A DNA stretch of 64,000 nucleotides from an uncultured delta proteobacterium (lineage in GTDB: Bacteria > Myxococcota_A > Polyangia > Polyangiales > B10-G4): contig CAVSGI010000027.1 in NCBI GenBank assembly GCA_963727445.1, positions 354,983 through 418,982 on the forward strand. The letters are read 5' to 3'. Within the stretch, counting starts at the first letter, position 1; each line of letters starts with the position of its first letter. The notes beneath the pieces are model-generated. The model was given only the letters and a program-made list of their open reading frames with translations, was not told the origin of the DNA and did no database searches. The translations under genes and the position numbers were made by a program. This document shows, in pieces, positions 9,354 to 18,959 of this stretch.

Positions 9354-10886
9354 CTAGTCGATCGGCTCGTGCACGAGGAGCCGGGGCTTGGATTGGGCGT
9401 GCTCGTCGCGCGTCCACACGGGGTGATCGCGGCCGACCTTGCGCAGCACCACCGCGCGCAGGACGCCGCCCGAGGCGTACTTTTCGTACATTGGATTGAT
9501 GCGCCTCAGCGTCGCCTCGAGCCGCGCCAGCTGTTCGTCGTCGGCGTCGCCGGTGGTGCAGAGCTCGAGGCGGTCGCCGCTCGGGGCGGGCGCGAAGATG
9601 CGGGCGCCGATCCCGTCGAGCCCGGCCGCGTGGATCGCCTGCACCAGCTCGGGCTCGCTGATACACGCCGGGCCCAGGCTGATCTCGTGGCTCGACTTGT
9701 GACTGAAGTGGATCACCGGCGAGCGATGAAGCCGGCCGGTGCAGCGGACCACGTCCTTGAGGCGATAGCGCACGAGGCCCATGGCCGTGGTCAGGACGAG
9801 CTCGTAGTCGTGGCCCGGCTCGACCTCCCAGAGCGGCAGGAGGTTGTCAGCGCGGGGCTCGACGCCGACGGGGAGGAACTCGAAGACGTGCGCGCCCGGA
9901 TGGACGGCGCCCCCGACGCGCCCGTCGGCGTAAGGCACGTTCACCCAGCCCTCGGTCGCCGAGTAGGTCGCGTCGACGAGGGGGACGCGCCCTCCGAGGA
10001 AGCGCTCGAGGCTCGGGAGCTGCATGCCGCAGGTGGCCGCCTTCCAGCAGACGATCACCGAGAGGCCCGGCCACGCTTTCGAAAAGAGGAAGTCGCCGCC
10101 GCGAAGCGCCTCGCGGATCGCGCGCAGACGCGCTGGCGTCACGTGCACCTTCGGAAGCGGCGCGGGAGGATCGGCGCGCCCTTCGAGGATGGGAAGGTAC
10201 GTGTCCGCGCGCGCCGCGAGCCGCTCCGCGAAGCGCACCAGGATCGCCGGGGTGATCCCGATCATCGCCGACAGATCGGCGGCGAGCGCGTAGAGCGGCC
10301 CCCAGTCGAAGAAGGTCTCGGCGTCGGCGAGCACCTCGAGCGGGAACGCGTAGAGCTTCCGCAGGTAGGCGGGGATGTTCCGGTAGTTGTAGTTGCTGAT
10401 GAAGCCGACCTCGACGCCGGTGGGGGAGCGCTCGACGGGCATCGACCCCGCGAAGTAGAGGATGGGGCCGCGGAGCATGCCGGCGTGACGGCGCACCAGC
10501 GCGTTCAGGAAGGGCGGCGTGGTCGTCTGAAACTGCGCGCGGTAGGGCTCGGTGATGGGGAAGAGCTTGCGCGGACCGGTGCTCCCCGCGCTCTCGGACC
10601 AGAAGCGGACCTTCGAGCGCGCGAGCTGATTCGTCGGCTCCGAAAAGGAGCGACCGAGCGCCTCGCGGTAGGTCTCGTATTCGGTGAGGGGAAAGCGCGA
10701 GAGCTCGGGCGCGGCGCCCGAGCCGCCCATGCGCTCTCGCCAGAAAGGCGCGGCTCCGATCTCGTTCCAGGTCTCGCTCCACACCCGCGCTTCTGCCCCC
10801 ATCGGGTCGGCGCAATCCGCGAGGAACGCCCGGCGCTTGCCTCGGCTGGTCGCGAGCAGGAGTGGACGCGCGACCCGGGTGATCAC
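9354..10886 (-). CDS. GH3-family acyl acid-amido synthetase-like protein
   Basis: FPLTEYE, SAGSTGPRKLFPIT, YSATEG and YELVLTTAMGLVRYRLKDVV. The GTG start overlaps the upstream TGA. Confidence 0.85.
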   Translation of the reverse strand: MITRVARPLLLATSRGKRRAFLADCADPMGAEARVWSETWNEIGAAPFWRERMGGSGAAPELSRFPLTEYETYREALGRSFSEPTNQLARSKVRFWSESAGSTGPRKLFPITEPYRAQFQTTTPPFLNALVRRHAGMLRGPILYFAGSMPVERSPTGVEVGFISNYNYRNIPAYLRKLYAFPLEVLADAETFFDWGPLYALAADLSAMIGITPAILVRFAERLAARADTYLPILEGRADPPAPLPKVHVTPARLRAIREALRGGDFLFSKAWPGLSVIVCWKAATCGMQLPSLERFLGGRVPLVDATYSATEGWVNVPYADGRVGGAVHPGAHVFEFLPVGVEPRADNLLPLWEVEPGHDYELVLTTAMGLVRYRLKDVVRCTGRLHRSPVIHFSHKSSHEISLGPACISEPELVQAIHAAGLDGIGARIFAPAPSGDRLELCTTGDADDEQLARLEATLRRINPMYEKYASGGVLRAVVLRKVGRDHPVWTRDEHAQSKPRLLVHEPID

Positions 10887-12439
10887 AGCGGGATGTTGGG
10901 GTGATGCCGCGGCGGCAGGTCGCGGTCGGGTCGTTCGGCGAGAAGCGCGAGCGCCGAGGCGATCTCGCGCCGCGCGTCCTCGGGCCGGATGACGCGGTCG
11001 ACGAAGCCGGCGTGGGCGGCGCGCTCCATCGCGTCGTAGCCCTCGCCGAAGCGCGCCTCGACCTCGGCTGCCGCGTCCGCGCCCTCCCCGCCGCCGAAGG
11101 TGCGGTGACTCGCGACCGCCTGCGCCGCCGCCGTGCCCATCGGCTGCACCCGCGCGAAGGGAAAGGCGAGGCGCAGGTCCGCCGGATAGGCGAGGACGTT
11201 GCCGCCGCCATAGCTCTTGCGGACGATCAGCGAGACCAGCGGCGAGCGACAGGCGGCGTAGGCGGCGATGAGCTTCGCGCCGTGGAGCAAGAGGCCGCCC
11301 TGCTCCTGGCGCTTGCCCGGCAGAAAGCCCGGCACGTCGCAGAGGGTGACGATGGGCAGGCCGAAGGCGCTCATGAGCTGGATGAAGCGCGCCCCCTTTC
11401 GCGACGCGTCCACATCGAGGCAGCCCGCGTTGTGCGAGGGTTGGCTCGCGACGATGCCGACGGGGCGCCCGCCCACGCGGCAAAGGCCCACGACCAGGCT
11501 GCGGGCATAGTCGGCCGACAGCTCCAGGAACGAGCCCTCGTCCACGATGGCGCGCACGAGCTTCTTCACGTCGTAGCCCTTGCGCTCGTCGGTGGGCACG
11601 ATGCGCGTCACCTCGGGCGTCGCGCGGTCCGTGGGGTCCGAGGCCTCGGTCGTGGGGGGCGGCTGTGCGGCCGAGGACGGAAGATAGGCGAGCACGCGCC
11701 GGGCGTAGTCGAGGCACGCCTTTTCGTCGGCGGCGTGCAGCTGAACGAGGCCGGTGGTGCCCGCGTGCATCGGCACGCCCCCGATCTCCTCGATCGGCGC
11801 GTCCTGACCGGTGACGATCTTGGTGACCTTGCTCCCGGTCACGAAGAGGAAGCCGGTCTCGTCGTGACCGATGATCACGTCCATCAGCGCCGAGCTGTAG
11901 GCCGCGCCGCCGACCGAGAGGCCGAGCACGACGCCGATCTGCGGCACCCACCCCGACAGATTCGCGGTGCGACCGAGGATCTCGGCGAAGCCCGCCAGCG
12001 CCTCGGGCCCCTCGTCCACCCGCACGCCGTCCGAATCCTGGATCGCCACCACCGGCAGGCGCTGGCGGCGCGCGACGTCGAGGAGGCGGATGATCTTGCG
12101 CGCGCCGCCCACGCTGAGCGCGCCGCGAAGCACCGTCGGGTCGTGCGCGTAGACCGCGACGCGGCGCCCGTCGATACGACCGAACCCACAGACCACCCCA
12201 TCGCCGAGGGCGCCGGTCTCTCCGTCTCCGCCCTTCGAGATCTGGGTGAGCTTGCCGAGCTCGCTGAAGCTCTCGGAATCGAGGAGCGCCTCGATCCGCT
12301 CGCGCACCAGGAGCCGGCCCAGACGTCGCTGCCGGCGCTGCAGCTTGTCGCCGCCGCCGCGCTCGGCTTCCGCTTCGAGCTCGGCCAGGCGCGACAGGTC
12401 CGGGTGCTCCGTCGCTTCCTCGTCTCCGCTCGCGCTCAT
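10883..12439 (-). CDS. Acyl-CoA carboxylase carboxyltransferase (PccB-like) subunit
   Basis: RERIEALLD, DGVVCGFGRIDGR, GGAAY, DVPGFLPG and RKSYGG. Confidence 0.9.
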   Translation of the reverse strand: MSASGDEEATEHPDLSRLAELEAEAERGGGDKLQRRQRRLGRLLVRERIEALLDSESFSELGKLTQISKGGDGETGALGDGVVCGFGRIDGRRVAVYAHDPTVLRGALSVGGARKIIRLLDVARRQRLPVVAIQDSDGVRVDEGPEALAGFAEILGRTANLSGWVPQIGVVLGLSVGGAAYSSALMDVIIGHDETGFLFVTGSKVTKIVTGQDAPIEEIGGVPMHAGTTGLVQLHAADEKACLDYARRVLAYLPSSAAQPPPTTEASDPTDRATPEVTRIVPTDERKGYDVKKLVRAIVDEGSFLELSADYARSLVVGLCRVGGRPVGIVASQPSHNAGCLDVDASRKGARFIQLMSAFGLPIVTLCDVPGFLPGKRQEQGGLLLHGAKLIAAYAACRSPLVSLIVRKSYGGGNVLAYPADLRLAFPFARVQPMGTAAAQAVASHRTFGGGEGADAAAEVEARFGEGYDAMERAAHAGFVDRVIRPEDARREIASALALLAERPDRDLPPRHHPNIPL

Positions 12440-12681
12440 CCGCCGGTCTTCTCGGCGACGAAGTCGACGAGCATCGCCACGTTCTGGATCTCCTGGTAGG
12501 CCTCCGTGGGCGCCTTGAAGCCGAAGTCCTTCTGCAGGAGCAGGATGAAGTCGACGATGTCGAGGCTGTCGAGACCGAAGGTGCCGCGGAAGGTCGCGTC
12601 GTCGGTGATCTTGGCCTCGGGGACGTCGAAGTCGTTCGAGAGGATGTTCGCGATCTTCTGCCGGATCTCGTCCTTGCTCAC
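12436..12681 (-). CDS. Acyl carrier protein
   Basis: Acidic 81-aa protein with GLDSLDIV. Translationally coupled on both sides. Confidence 0.9.
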   Translation of the reverse strand: MSKDEIRQKIANILSNDFDVPEAKITDDATFRGTFGLDSLDIVDFILLLQKDFGFKAPTEAYQEIQNVAMLVDFVAEKTGG

Positions 12682-13694
12682 CCGCTCTTCTCCTCCGGGA
12701 TGCGGATCAGCGCCGCCCCCGCACAGAACCCCGCACCGCCGCCCACCATCAGCACCAGCGACCCCGGCCGGACGCGGTCCGAGCGAAGCGCCTCGTCGAG
12801 GGCCACCGCTATGGAGGCGCTCGACATGTTTCCGGTCCGGTGAACGTTGATGAACATCTTGTCCTTCGGTAGGCGAAGGTACCGCGAGAGGCGATCGAGG
12901 ATCATCCGATTCGGCTGATGCGGCACCACCAGATCGACGTCGTCGAGGCGCAGATTCATCGCGTCGAGCAGGCGCTCCGCCGTCTCGCTCATCCCTTCGA
13001 GGGCGGTCAGGAAGACCTTCGGCCCATCCACCATGGACAGGAAGTGCTCCCGCGCTTCCACCGTCTCCTTCGAGGCGGGCTTGCGGCTGCCGCCGGCGGG
13101 GATGTGGATCGCTTCGGCGCCCTCCCCGTCCGCGGCGGTGTAGACGGCGAGCAGGCCTTGTCCCACCGGTCCTTCGGTCAGCAGCACGCCGCCCGCCCCA
13201 TCGCCGTAGAGCGCGCAGGTGGCGCGGTCGTCGGGATCGACGAAGCGCGAGCGTATGTCGGCGGCGATCACCAGCACGCGGGCGTCCCCGGTCACCACCG
13301 CCCGGGCGCCGGCGTCGAGACCGAAGAGGAAACCCGCGCACGCGGCGCCGACGTCGAAGGCCGGCGCCGGCGCGAGGCGGAGCCCCCGCGAGACGAAGCA
13401 CGCGCAAGCGGGGCTGGGATAGTCGGCGGAGGTGGTGGAGAGGAGCAAACGGTCCACCGCGTCCACGCCCGCGCGGGCGAGGATTCGCCGCCCCGCCAGG
13501 ATGCCGAGGTCGCTGGTCGCCTGGTCGTCACTCGCCCAGTGCCGCTCCTCGATCCCCGTGAGCTTGTCGATCTCGGCTTCCGTGAGGGGCGCGTTCGGGC
13601 GCGCCGCGATCTCGGCGGAGGTCACCACGCGCTCGGGCAGGTACGAGCCGGTCGCCGCGATCCGCACCCCGGTCTTCGGAACGAAGAGGCTCAT
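12678..13694 (-). CDS. FabH-like ketoacyl-ACP synthase III (copy 1)
   Basis: GSYLPERVV, AACAGF, GDGAG, PHQPN and GNMSSAS give a Cys-His-Asn triad. Confidence 0.9.
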   Translation of the reverse strand: MSLFVPKTGVRIAATGSYLPERVVTSAEIAARPNAPLTEAEIDKLTGIEERHWASDDQATSDLGILAGRRILARAGVDAVDRLLLSTTSADYPSPACACFVSRGLRLAPAPAFDVGAACAGFLFGLDAGARAVVTGDARVLVIAADIRSRFVDPDDRATCALYGDGAGGVLLTEGPVGQGLLAVYTAADGEGAEAIHIPAGGSRKPASKETVEAREHFLSMVDGPKVFLTALEGMSETAERLLDAMNLRLDDVDLVVPHQPNRMILDRLSRYLRLPKDKMFINVHRTGNMSSASIAVALDEALRSDRVRPGSLVLMVGGGAGFCAGAALIRIPEEKSG

Positions 13695-13927
13695 CCGTCC
13701 CCCGTGACCTCGCGCACCAGCGCCACCAGAGAGTCGACGGAGTCGAAGGCCTCGGGCGTCACCAGCTTCGCAGGCACCCGCACGTCGAAGGCACGTTCGA
13801 TCGCGTCGTGGAGCATCACCACCTCGAGCGACGCCAGCGACAGCGGCGCGTCGTCGTTCTCTTCCGCGTCGACGGGGCGACCGACTTCGTCCAGCAGCGA
13901 AAGGACCTGGGCTCGGATCTCGCTCAC
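13691..13927 (-). CDS. Second, divergent acyl carrier protein
   Basis: Acidic 78-aa protein with LASLEVVMLHDAIERAFDV and FDSVDSL. Confidence 0.75.
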   Translation of the reverse strand: MSEIRAQVLSLLDEVGRPVDAEENDDAPLSLASLEVVMLHDAIERAFDVRVPAKLVTPEAFDSVDSLVALVREVTGDG

Positions 13928-13938
13928 GTCGTTCTCCC

Positions 13939-14994
13939 TCAGGCTCGAAAGACGGCGGCGCCCCACGCGAGGCCGCCGCCGAGGGCTGCGAAGAGGATGG
14001 TCCCACCAGGGCGAAGACGTCCATCGCGCCGCGCGCGGTCGAGGCCGATGAGCACCCCGGGCGTCCCGCAATTGCCGTGCTCCGGCGCGGTGACCACCGT
14101 GCGCTCCATCGCGATACCCGCGGCCTTCGCGGCAGAAGCAATCGCGGGCCGGCTCGTCTGGTGGGGGATGAAGGAATCGACCGCGTTCGGCGCGAGGCCC
14201 GCCGCGTCCAGGGCGCGGCGGGTGACGTCGGCGTAGAGGGCCGGGCTTCGCCTGGCGAGCTCCTCGGGATCGCCGGCGAGGAAGTAGAGTCCTTCGTCGA
14301 GCCGAGCGTGGGTGACCGGAAACGGGGCTGGCGCGGCCCCGAGGTGTCCGAGGCTTCCGTCGCTGTCGAAAACGACGGAGACGAGACCGCCTTCGCCTTC
14401 GGACGGCATCACGATCGCGGCGGCGGCCGCGTCTCCGAAAGCGAGCGGTGCGAGAGGCTCCGAGGGTGGGGCGAGCTTGGAGAAGGTGTCACTCGCGACG
14501 ACCGCGACCGGGGTCTGGGTCGCAGCGGCGTAGCTGCAGGCGCTCGACAGAGACCAGAGCCCCCCGGAGCAGCCGGAACGCACGTCGAAGGAGGCGCAGC
14601 GCGCACCCACGCGTGCGGCGATCTGCGGGGCGTTGGCGCCGGTGATGCGCGCCGGAGTGCTGGTGGTGGCGATGATCAGCCCGAGCGCCTCCGCCGCCAG
14701 GGACGCGTCTTCGAGGGCGAGGGAGAGGGCCTGCACCGAGAGATCGACCGTCGTCGCTTCGTCGTCACCGAAGGGCGCACCGATCTCGTGCGTCCAGTGG
14801 CGCTGCTCGACACCCAGAGATTCGCCGAAGGTGCGCGCGACCTCCGCGATCTCTTCGGGGCTGCGCGGCCCCCGCCGTCCGGAGGGCGAGTACTTGGCGA
14901 CGACCTCCGCGTTCGACAGGGCCCGCGGCGGAAAGGCGACGGCCGTGCCCAGGATGCGGCAGGGCTCGTGGCGCGCCATCGTCAGCGGAGGCAT
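13939..14994 (-). CDS. FabH-like ketoacyl-ACP synthase III (copy 2)
   Basis: SGCSGG, FGDAAAA, PHQTS, HGNCG and ALGGGLAWG. Confidence 0.85.
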   Translation of the reverse strand: MPPLTMARHEPCRILGTAVAFPPRALSNAEVVAKYSPSGRRGPRSPEEIAEVARTFGESLGVEQRHWTHEIGAPFGDDEATTVDLSVQALSLALEDASLAAEALGLIIATTSTPARITGANAPQIAARVGARCASFDVRSGCSGGLWSLSSACSYAAATQTPVAVVASDTFSKLAPPSEPLAPLAFGDAAAAAIVMPSEGEGGLVSVVFDSDGSLGHLGAAPAPFPVTHARLDEGLYFLAGDPEELARRSPALYADVTRRALDAAGLAPNAVDSFIPHQTSRPAIASAAKAAGIAMERTVVTAPEHGNCGTPGVLIGLDRARRDGRLRPGGTILFAALGGGLAWGAAVFRA

Positions 14995-15024
14995 CGCGAG
15001 CGAGGATACACCGACGGCCGGGGC

Positions 15025-16827
15025 TCAAGCGACGAAGCGCGCCACGCCGTTGGCGAGGCGGCTGCGCATCAGCGTGACCACACCGGCGACCTCGCTCCGG
15101 GTCTTGCTCATGCGCCGCGGGAGCGCGCCGCTCAGCACCATCTCCTTGGCGCGCAGGCGCTGCTTCTTGCCGCTGCTCGTCTTGGGCAGCGTGTTCGCCT
15201 CGAGGAGCACGACACGCGTCGGAACGATGCCGATCTCGTCGCTCACCGCTTCCTTGATCGCTTCTTCGAGAGCCGCGCGATCCTCTTCGTTGCGCAGGCG
15301 CGTCTCGACCGCCACCTGGAGCTTGTCCGAGGCGCTGCGCTCGCAGTACACACCAAAGGCGACGGCGTTGCCCTTGCGCACGCCATCCACCGTCTCGACC
15401 ACCGCCTCGATCGCCTCGGCGTAGTAGTTGCGGCCGCGGACGATGAGCATGTGCTTGCGGCGGCCCACGACGAAGAGCTCGCCGCCCGCGAGGTAGCCGA
15501 GGTCGCCGGTGCGAAGCTCGCCGCCCTTCAACACCTCGGCCGTCGCCTCGGGATTGCCGAGATAGCCCGCCATCACCGATGGCCCGCTCACCCAGACCTC
15601 ACCGATGGCGCGCTCGCCGAGCGCGTTGCCATCGGCGTCACGGATGACGACGCGGCTGGTCGGGAACGGCGCACCCACGGACACCACGGAGACCGCTTCG
15701 TCGCTGGCGCTTGGAATCGCGCGAGGCGCTCCGCTGTCGTGAAGCGCCTTCGCGCAGACGCGGTCCTCGCGGAGCCCCACGCCGGGCCGCACGCCGGTGA
15801 CGCCCACGCAGCTCTCGGCCAGGCCGTAGGCGGGACAGAAGGTCTCGCGGCCGAGTCCGGCCGGGGCGAAGCGGTCGAAGAACGCCTCGATGGTTGCCGC
15901 CTGGATGGGCTCGGCGCCGCTCACGATGACGCGCACCGAGGACAGGTCGAGCGCCTCGATCTCGGCGTCGCTCATCCGGCGCGCGCTCAATCCGAAGGCG
16001 AAGTTCGGCGCCCCGGTGATGGTGCCCCGATGCCGTTCGATCGCGCGCCACCAGGCGCCGGTGTCGAGGAGGAAGACAGAAGGCGAGAGCATCACCAGCT
16101 CGGCGCCCGCGACGATGGAGCCGAGGAGCGTCCCGATGAGACCGAGGTCGTGATAGAGCGGCAGCCAGGAGACGAAGACGTCCTCGTCCGTGTTGCCCCA
16201 GCGCGCGTTGAAGCCCTCGATGTTCGCCATGAGGTTTCGGTGCAACAGCACCACCGGCTTCGGCGACGAGGTGCTCCCCGAGGTGCACTGGATCATCCCG
16301 ATGTCGTCGGGAGAAGGGATCTGCAGGGTCCCTTTGGGCTCGGCGTCGAGGCGCGCGACGTCGAGGAGGTGGCGGAGGCTCGGCGAATTGCGCACCGTCC
16401 CGATGGCGTTTCCGATCTGCGCGTCGGTGACGAGCATCGGCGCGGAGGTCGCCTCGATGATGTGGCCGAGGAGCTCGACGTAGCTGGACAGCCGCGCCAT
16501 CGCGACCGGCGGATAAGCCGGCACGGGGACACCGCCGGCGAGGAGCACACCGAAGAAGGTCTCGACGAACTCGAAGGAGGTGTTGAGGACGAGCACCACC
16601 CGGTCGCCGCGCGACAGGCCGAGGTCCATCAGGGCCGCGGCGCGCCGGTGTGCGCCGCTGAGAAGCGCCGCGTAGCTCCGGCGCTCCTCGCTCTCGTCGC
16701 CATGCACCAGCACGATGCCGTGGCCCGTCGCCGCCGCATGCGACAGGGCCGTCACCAGGTCCCCGACCACGGGAGGCTGGGCCTCGCGGGCGCGGATGAC
16801 GTCGGGAATCGTGGGCGCCTGGTCCAT
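15025..16827 (-). CDS. Fatty acyl-AMP ligase (FAAL)
   Basis: QCTSGSTSSPK, SWLPLYHDLGLIG, PNFAF, YGLAES, TGDLGY and PKTSSGK. Confidence 0.9.
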   Translation of the reverse strand: MDQAPTIPDVIRAREAQPPVVGDLVTALSHAAATGHGIVLVHGDESEERRSYAALLSGAHRRAAALMDLGLSRGDRVVLVLNTSFEFVETFFGVLLAGGVPVPAYPPVAMARLSSYVELLGHIIEATSAPMLVTDAQIGNAIGTVRNSPSLRHLLDVARLDAEPKGTLQIPSPDDIGMIQCTSGSTSSPKPVVLLHRNLMANIEGFNARWGNTDEDVFVSWLPLYHDLGLIGTLLGSIVAGAELVMLSPSVFLLDTGAWWRAIERHRGTITGAPNFAFGLSARRMSDAEIEALDLSSVRVIVSGAEPIQAATIEAFFDRFAPAGLGRETFCPAYGLAESCVGVTGVRPGVGLREDRVCAKALHDSGAPRAIPSASDEAVSVVSVGAPFPTSRVVIRDADGNALGERAIGEVWVSGPSVMAGYLGNPEATAEVLKGGELRTGDLGYLAGGELFVVGRRKHMLIVRGRNYYAEAIEAVVETVDGVRKGNAVAFGVYCERSASDKLQVAVETRLRNEEDRAALEEAIKEAVSDEIGIVPTRVVLLEANTLPKTSSGKKQRLRAKEMVLSGALPRRMSKTRSEVAGVVTLMRSRLANGVARFVA

Positions 16828-16980
16828 GCTGCCCGGTGGCGTCTGCAGGGACAGTGCCAGGGTCAGAGCCGAAAACGGGCCCGAAATTGCCCTGGTATCG
16901 CGGGCATCCGGCGGTTAAGTGGCCAGCCGCCTTGTGCAGTGGAGGTCAGACGAGTGACCACCAGCTGCGCACGCCGTTGC

Positions 16981-17751
16981 TCAGAGCAGGTGGCCCAGGT
17001 GCAGCCCCCCGTCGATGGGGATCACCGCCCCGGTGATTTGACGGGCCGCCTCGGAGCAGAGGAAGGTGACCAACTCGGCCACGTCTTCGGCCGTCGCCAG
17101 CCGGCGTGTGGAAGCCGCCTTCCCCAGGCCTTCGAGCTCGGCGCGGTCGGGGTGTCGCTCGCCCAGGCGCTCGTTGTCGACGAAGCCCGGAGCCACCAGG
17201 TTGGCCGTGATCCCGAAGCGACCGAGATCGACCGCCAGGTTCTTCACCAGGCCCTCGAGGGCGGCTTTGGCGATGGAGTTGATGGGGCTCCTGGGCTGGC
17301 CCATGCGCCCGAGAGCCGAACCGATGAAGACGATGCGGCCAAATCGCCCGCCCATCAGATCCGGCGTCGCAGCCTTGAGGAGCGACAGAGAGGAACGGAC
17401 GTCGACGTCGAGCACCCGCCCGGCGACGTCGAGATCCACCTGATGGATCTTGGACAGCGGCGTCATGAAGGCGTGGCTCAGAACGAGCACCTCGAGCGGC
17501 CCACCGAGCGCCTCGGCTGCGTGGGCCGGGACGCCACCGGCTGCGTCGAGATCTTCGAGATCGGTGACGCAGACGTAGGCCTCCCCGCCCAGCTCCTGGA
17601 CGAGCGCGCGGGTCTCCTCGAGCGCCTCCTCACCCCGCGCGACGAGTACGAGGCGGGCGCCCTCCCGTGCCAGCGTGCAGGCGACCGCGCGTCCGATGCC
17701 TCGACTCGCACCGGTCACCAGAGCGCGACGCCCCGCGAGGCAATAATCCAC
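16981..17751 (-). CDS. FabG-like short-chain dehydrogenase with an atypical active site
   Basis: TGASRGIG, NLVAPG and ITGAVIPIDGG. YxxxK is replaced by NSIAK. Confidence 0.85.
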   Translation of the reverse strand: MDYCLAGRRALVTGASRGIGRAVACTLAREGARLVLVARGEEALEETRALVQELGGEAYVCVTDLEDLDAAGGVPAHAAEALGGPLEVLVLSHAFMTPLSKIHQVDLDVAGRVLDVDVRSSLSLLKAATPDLMGGRFGRIVFIGSALGRMGQPRSPINSIAKAALEGLVKNLAVDLGRFGITANLVAPGFVDNERLGERHPDRAELEGLGKAASTRRLATAEDVAELVTFLCSEAARQITGAVIPIDGGLHLGHLL

Positions 17752-17858
17752 GACGCGAGGCTACCAGCTCGTCCACGCACCAGCGCAGGTGAATCCGATC
17801 ACCATCGGGCGGGGGTGGAAATTGGCCGGTCTGCGAGCAGCGAAAGGGCCCGGCCCCC

Positions 17859-18956
17859 TCACTCCTCTTCTTCGACCGCCGGCTCCTCGCGAGGCTCGTC
17901 CTGTCGAATCGAGTAGCGCACCAGCGCCCTGAGGATGTCGTTCCGCTCGAGGTTGCCCACCAGCCGCTTGATGTCGTCGTAGATCGAAGGGTCGGTGAGG
18001 AGCGCACCGATGGTGCCGCGGCCCGCGCGGATGTCCGACGTCACGGCGCGCATGTCCTCGCTCATCGCGGAGAGGTTCGCCATGAGCTCGCCTCCGGACT
18101 CCTCGTAGATCAGCTCGTGCACCAGGCCGTCACCCTCGCGGATGGCGTTCAGCGCCGATGCGATCTCACCGGTGGCGTCCGCCAGGTTGGTCACCAGCCG
18201 TGTGCCCTGGTTGCCGTAGATCAGCTCGTGGGCGGTGCCGTCGCCCCGCTCCACCTCCTGGGAGATGTGCCGCACCGCGAGCGCCGCCCCAGCGAGGTCG
18301 CGGCTGGCCCGCTCGACGTTGGCGAGGGATCGGTCGACACGCTGGGCGGCCTCCTCGTCCGAGAGCAGGTGCGCGAGGGCACCGTCTTCGTTGGCGGCCA
18401 TTCGGGTGATCGTGGCGAGGTTGGACGTCGTCTCCCGCAGGTCGGCGCCGAATTCGGGTTCGGCGAGAGGCCCGGTGGCCACGCGGAGGTTGTGCGCCGT
18501 CTGCTGCACCTCCTCGATGATCGTGCCGAGCTCGGTCACGTAGTCGTTCAACGCGACCGCGTTCTCGCTCTGAAGCGTTCCACCCTCGGGGAGCTGCGCG
18601 CCGCTACCCGGGGTGATGTCCACCAGCTTGTCTCCCAAGAGCCCCTGGTTACCGATGGTGGCGACGCTGTCGCGCCGCACGAGATGCACGGCGTCCGAGA
18701 CCACGCCGAGGGTCACCCGCGTGGTTCCTTCGTCGGTGAGCTCGACCTGTCGAACCACACCCACGTCGACGCCGGCGATGCGCACCGAGCTTCCCTCGGA
18801 GAGGCCGTCGACCGAGTCGAAGAGCGCGATGTACTCGTGCTTGCGCTTGAAGACGTTCTGCTGGTTGCCGATGATGAAGGCGAGCCCCGTCCCCGTGATC
18901 AGGGCGGCGACCACGAAGAGCCCGACGCGAAACTCAGCAGCGCGGCTTCGTTTCAC
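17859..18956 (-). CDS. mlaD: MlaD/MCE family protein
   Basis: N-terminal TM helix, GLSEGSSVRIAGVDVGVV and GLLGDKLVDITPG. Confidence 0.85.
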   Translation of the reverse strand: MKRSRAAEFRVGLFVVAALITGTGLAFIIGNQQNVFKRKHEYIALFDSVDGLSEGSSVRIAGVDVGVVRQVELTDEGTTRVTLGVVSDAVHLVRRDSVATIGNQGLLGDKLVDITPGSGAQLPEGGTLQSENAVALNDYVTELGTIIEEVQQTAHNLRVATGPLAEPEFGADLRETTSNLATITRMAANEDGALAHLLSDEEAAQRVDRSLANVERASRDLAGAALAVRHISQEVERGDGTAHELIYGNQGTRLVTNLADATGEIASALNAIREGDGLVHELIYEESGGELMANLSAMSEDMRAVTSDIRAGRGTIGALLTDPSIYDDIKRLVGNLERNDILRALVRYSIRQDEPREEPAVEEEE

Positions 18957-18959
18957 GGC

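Noticed and set aside
14077..17916. 1279-aa plus-strand ORF and other long antisense ORFs (2741-4774, 22235-25702 extension, 37362-39980)
   Set aside because: These are shadow ORFs typical of high-GC DNA. They lie opposite or out of frame with well-supported genes and have no recognisable motifs.
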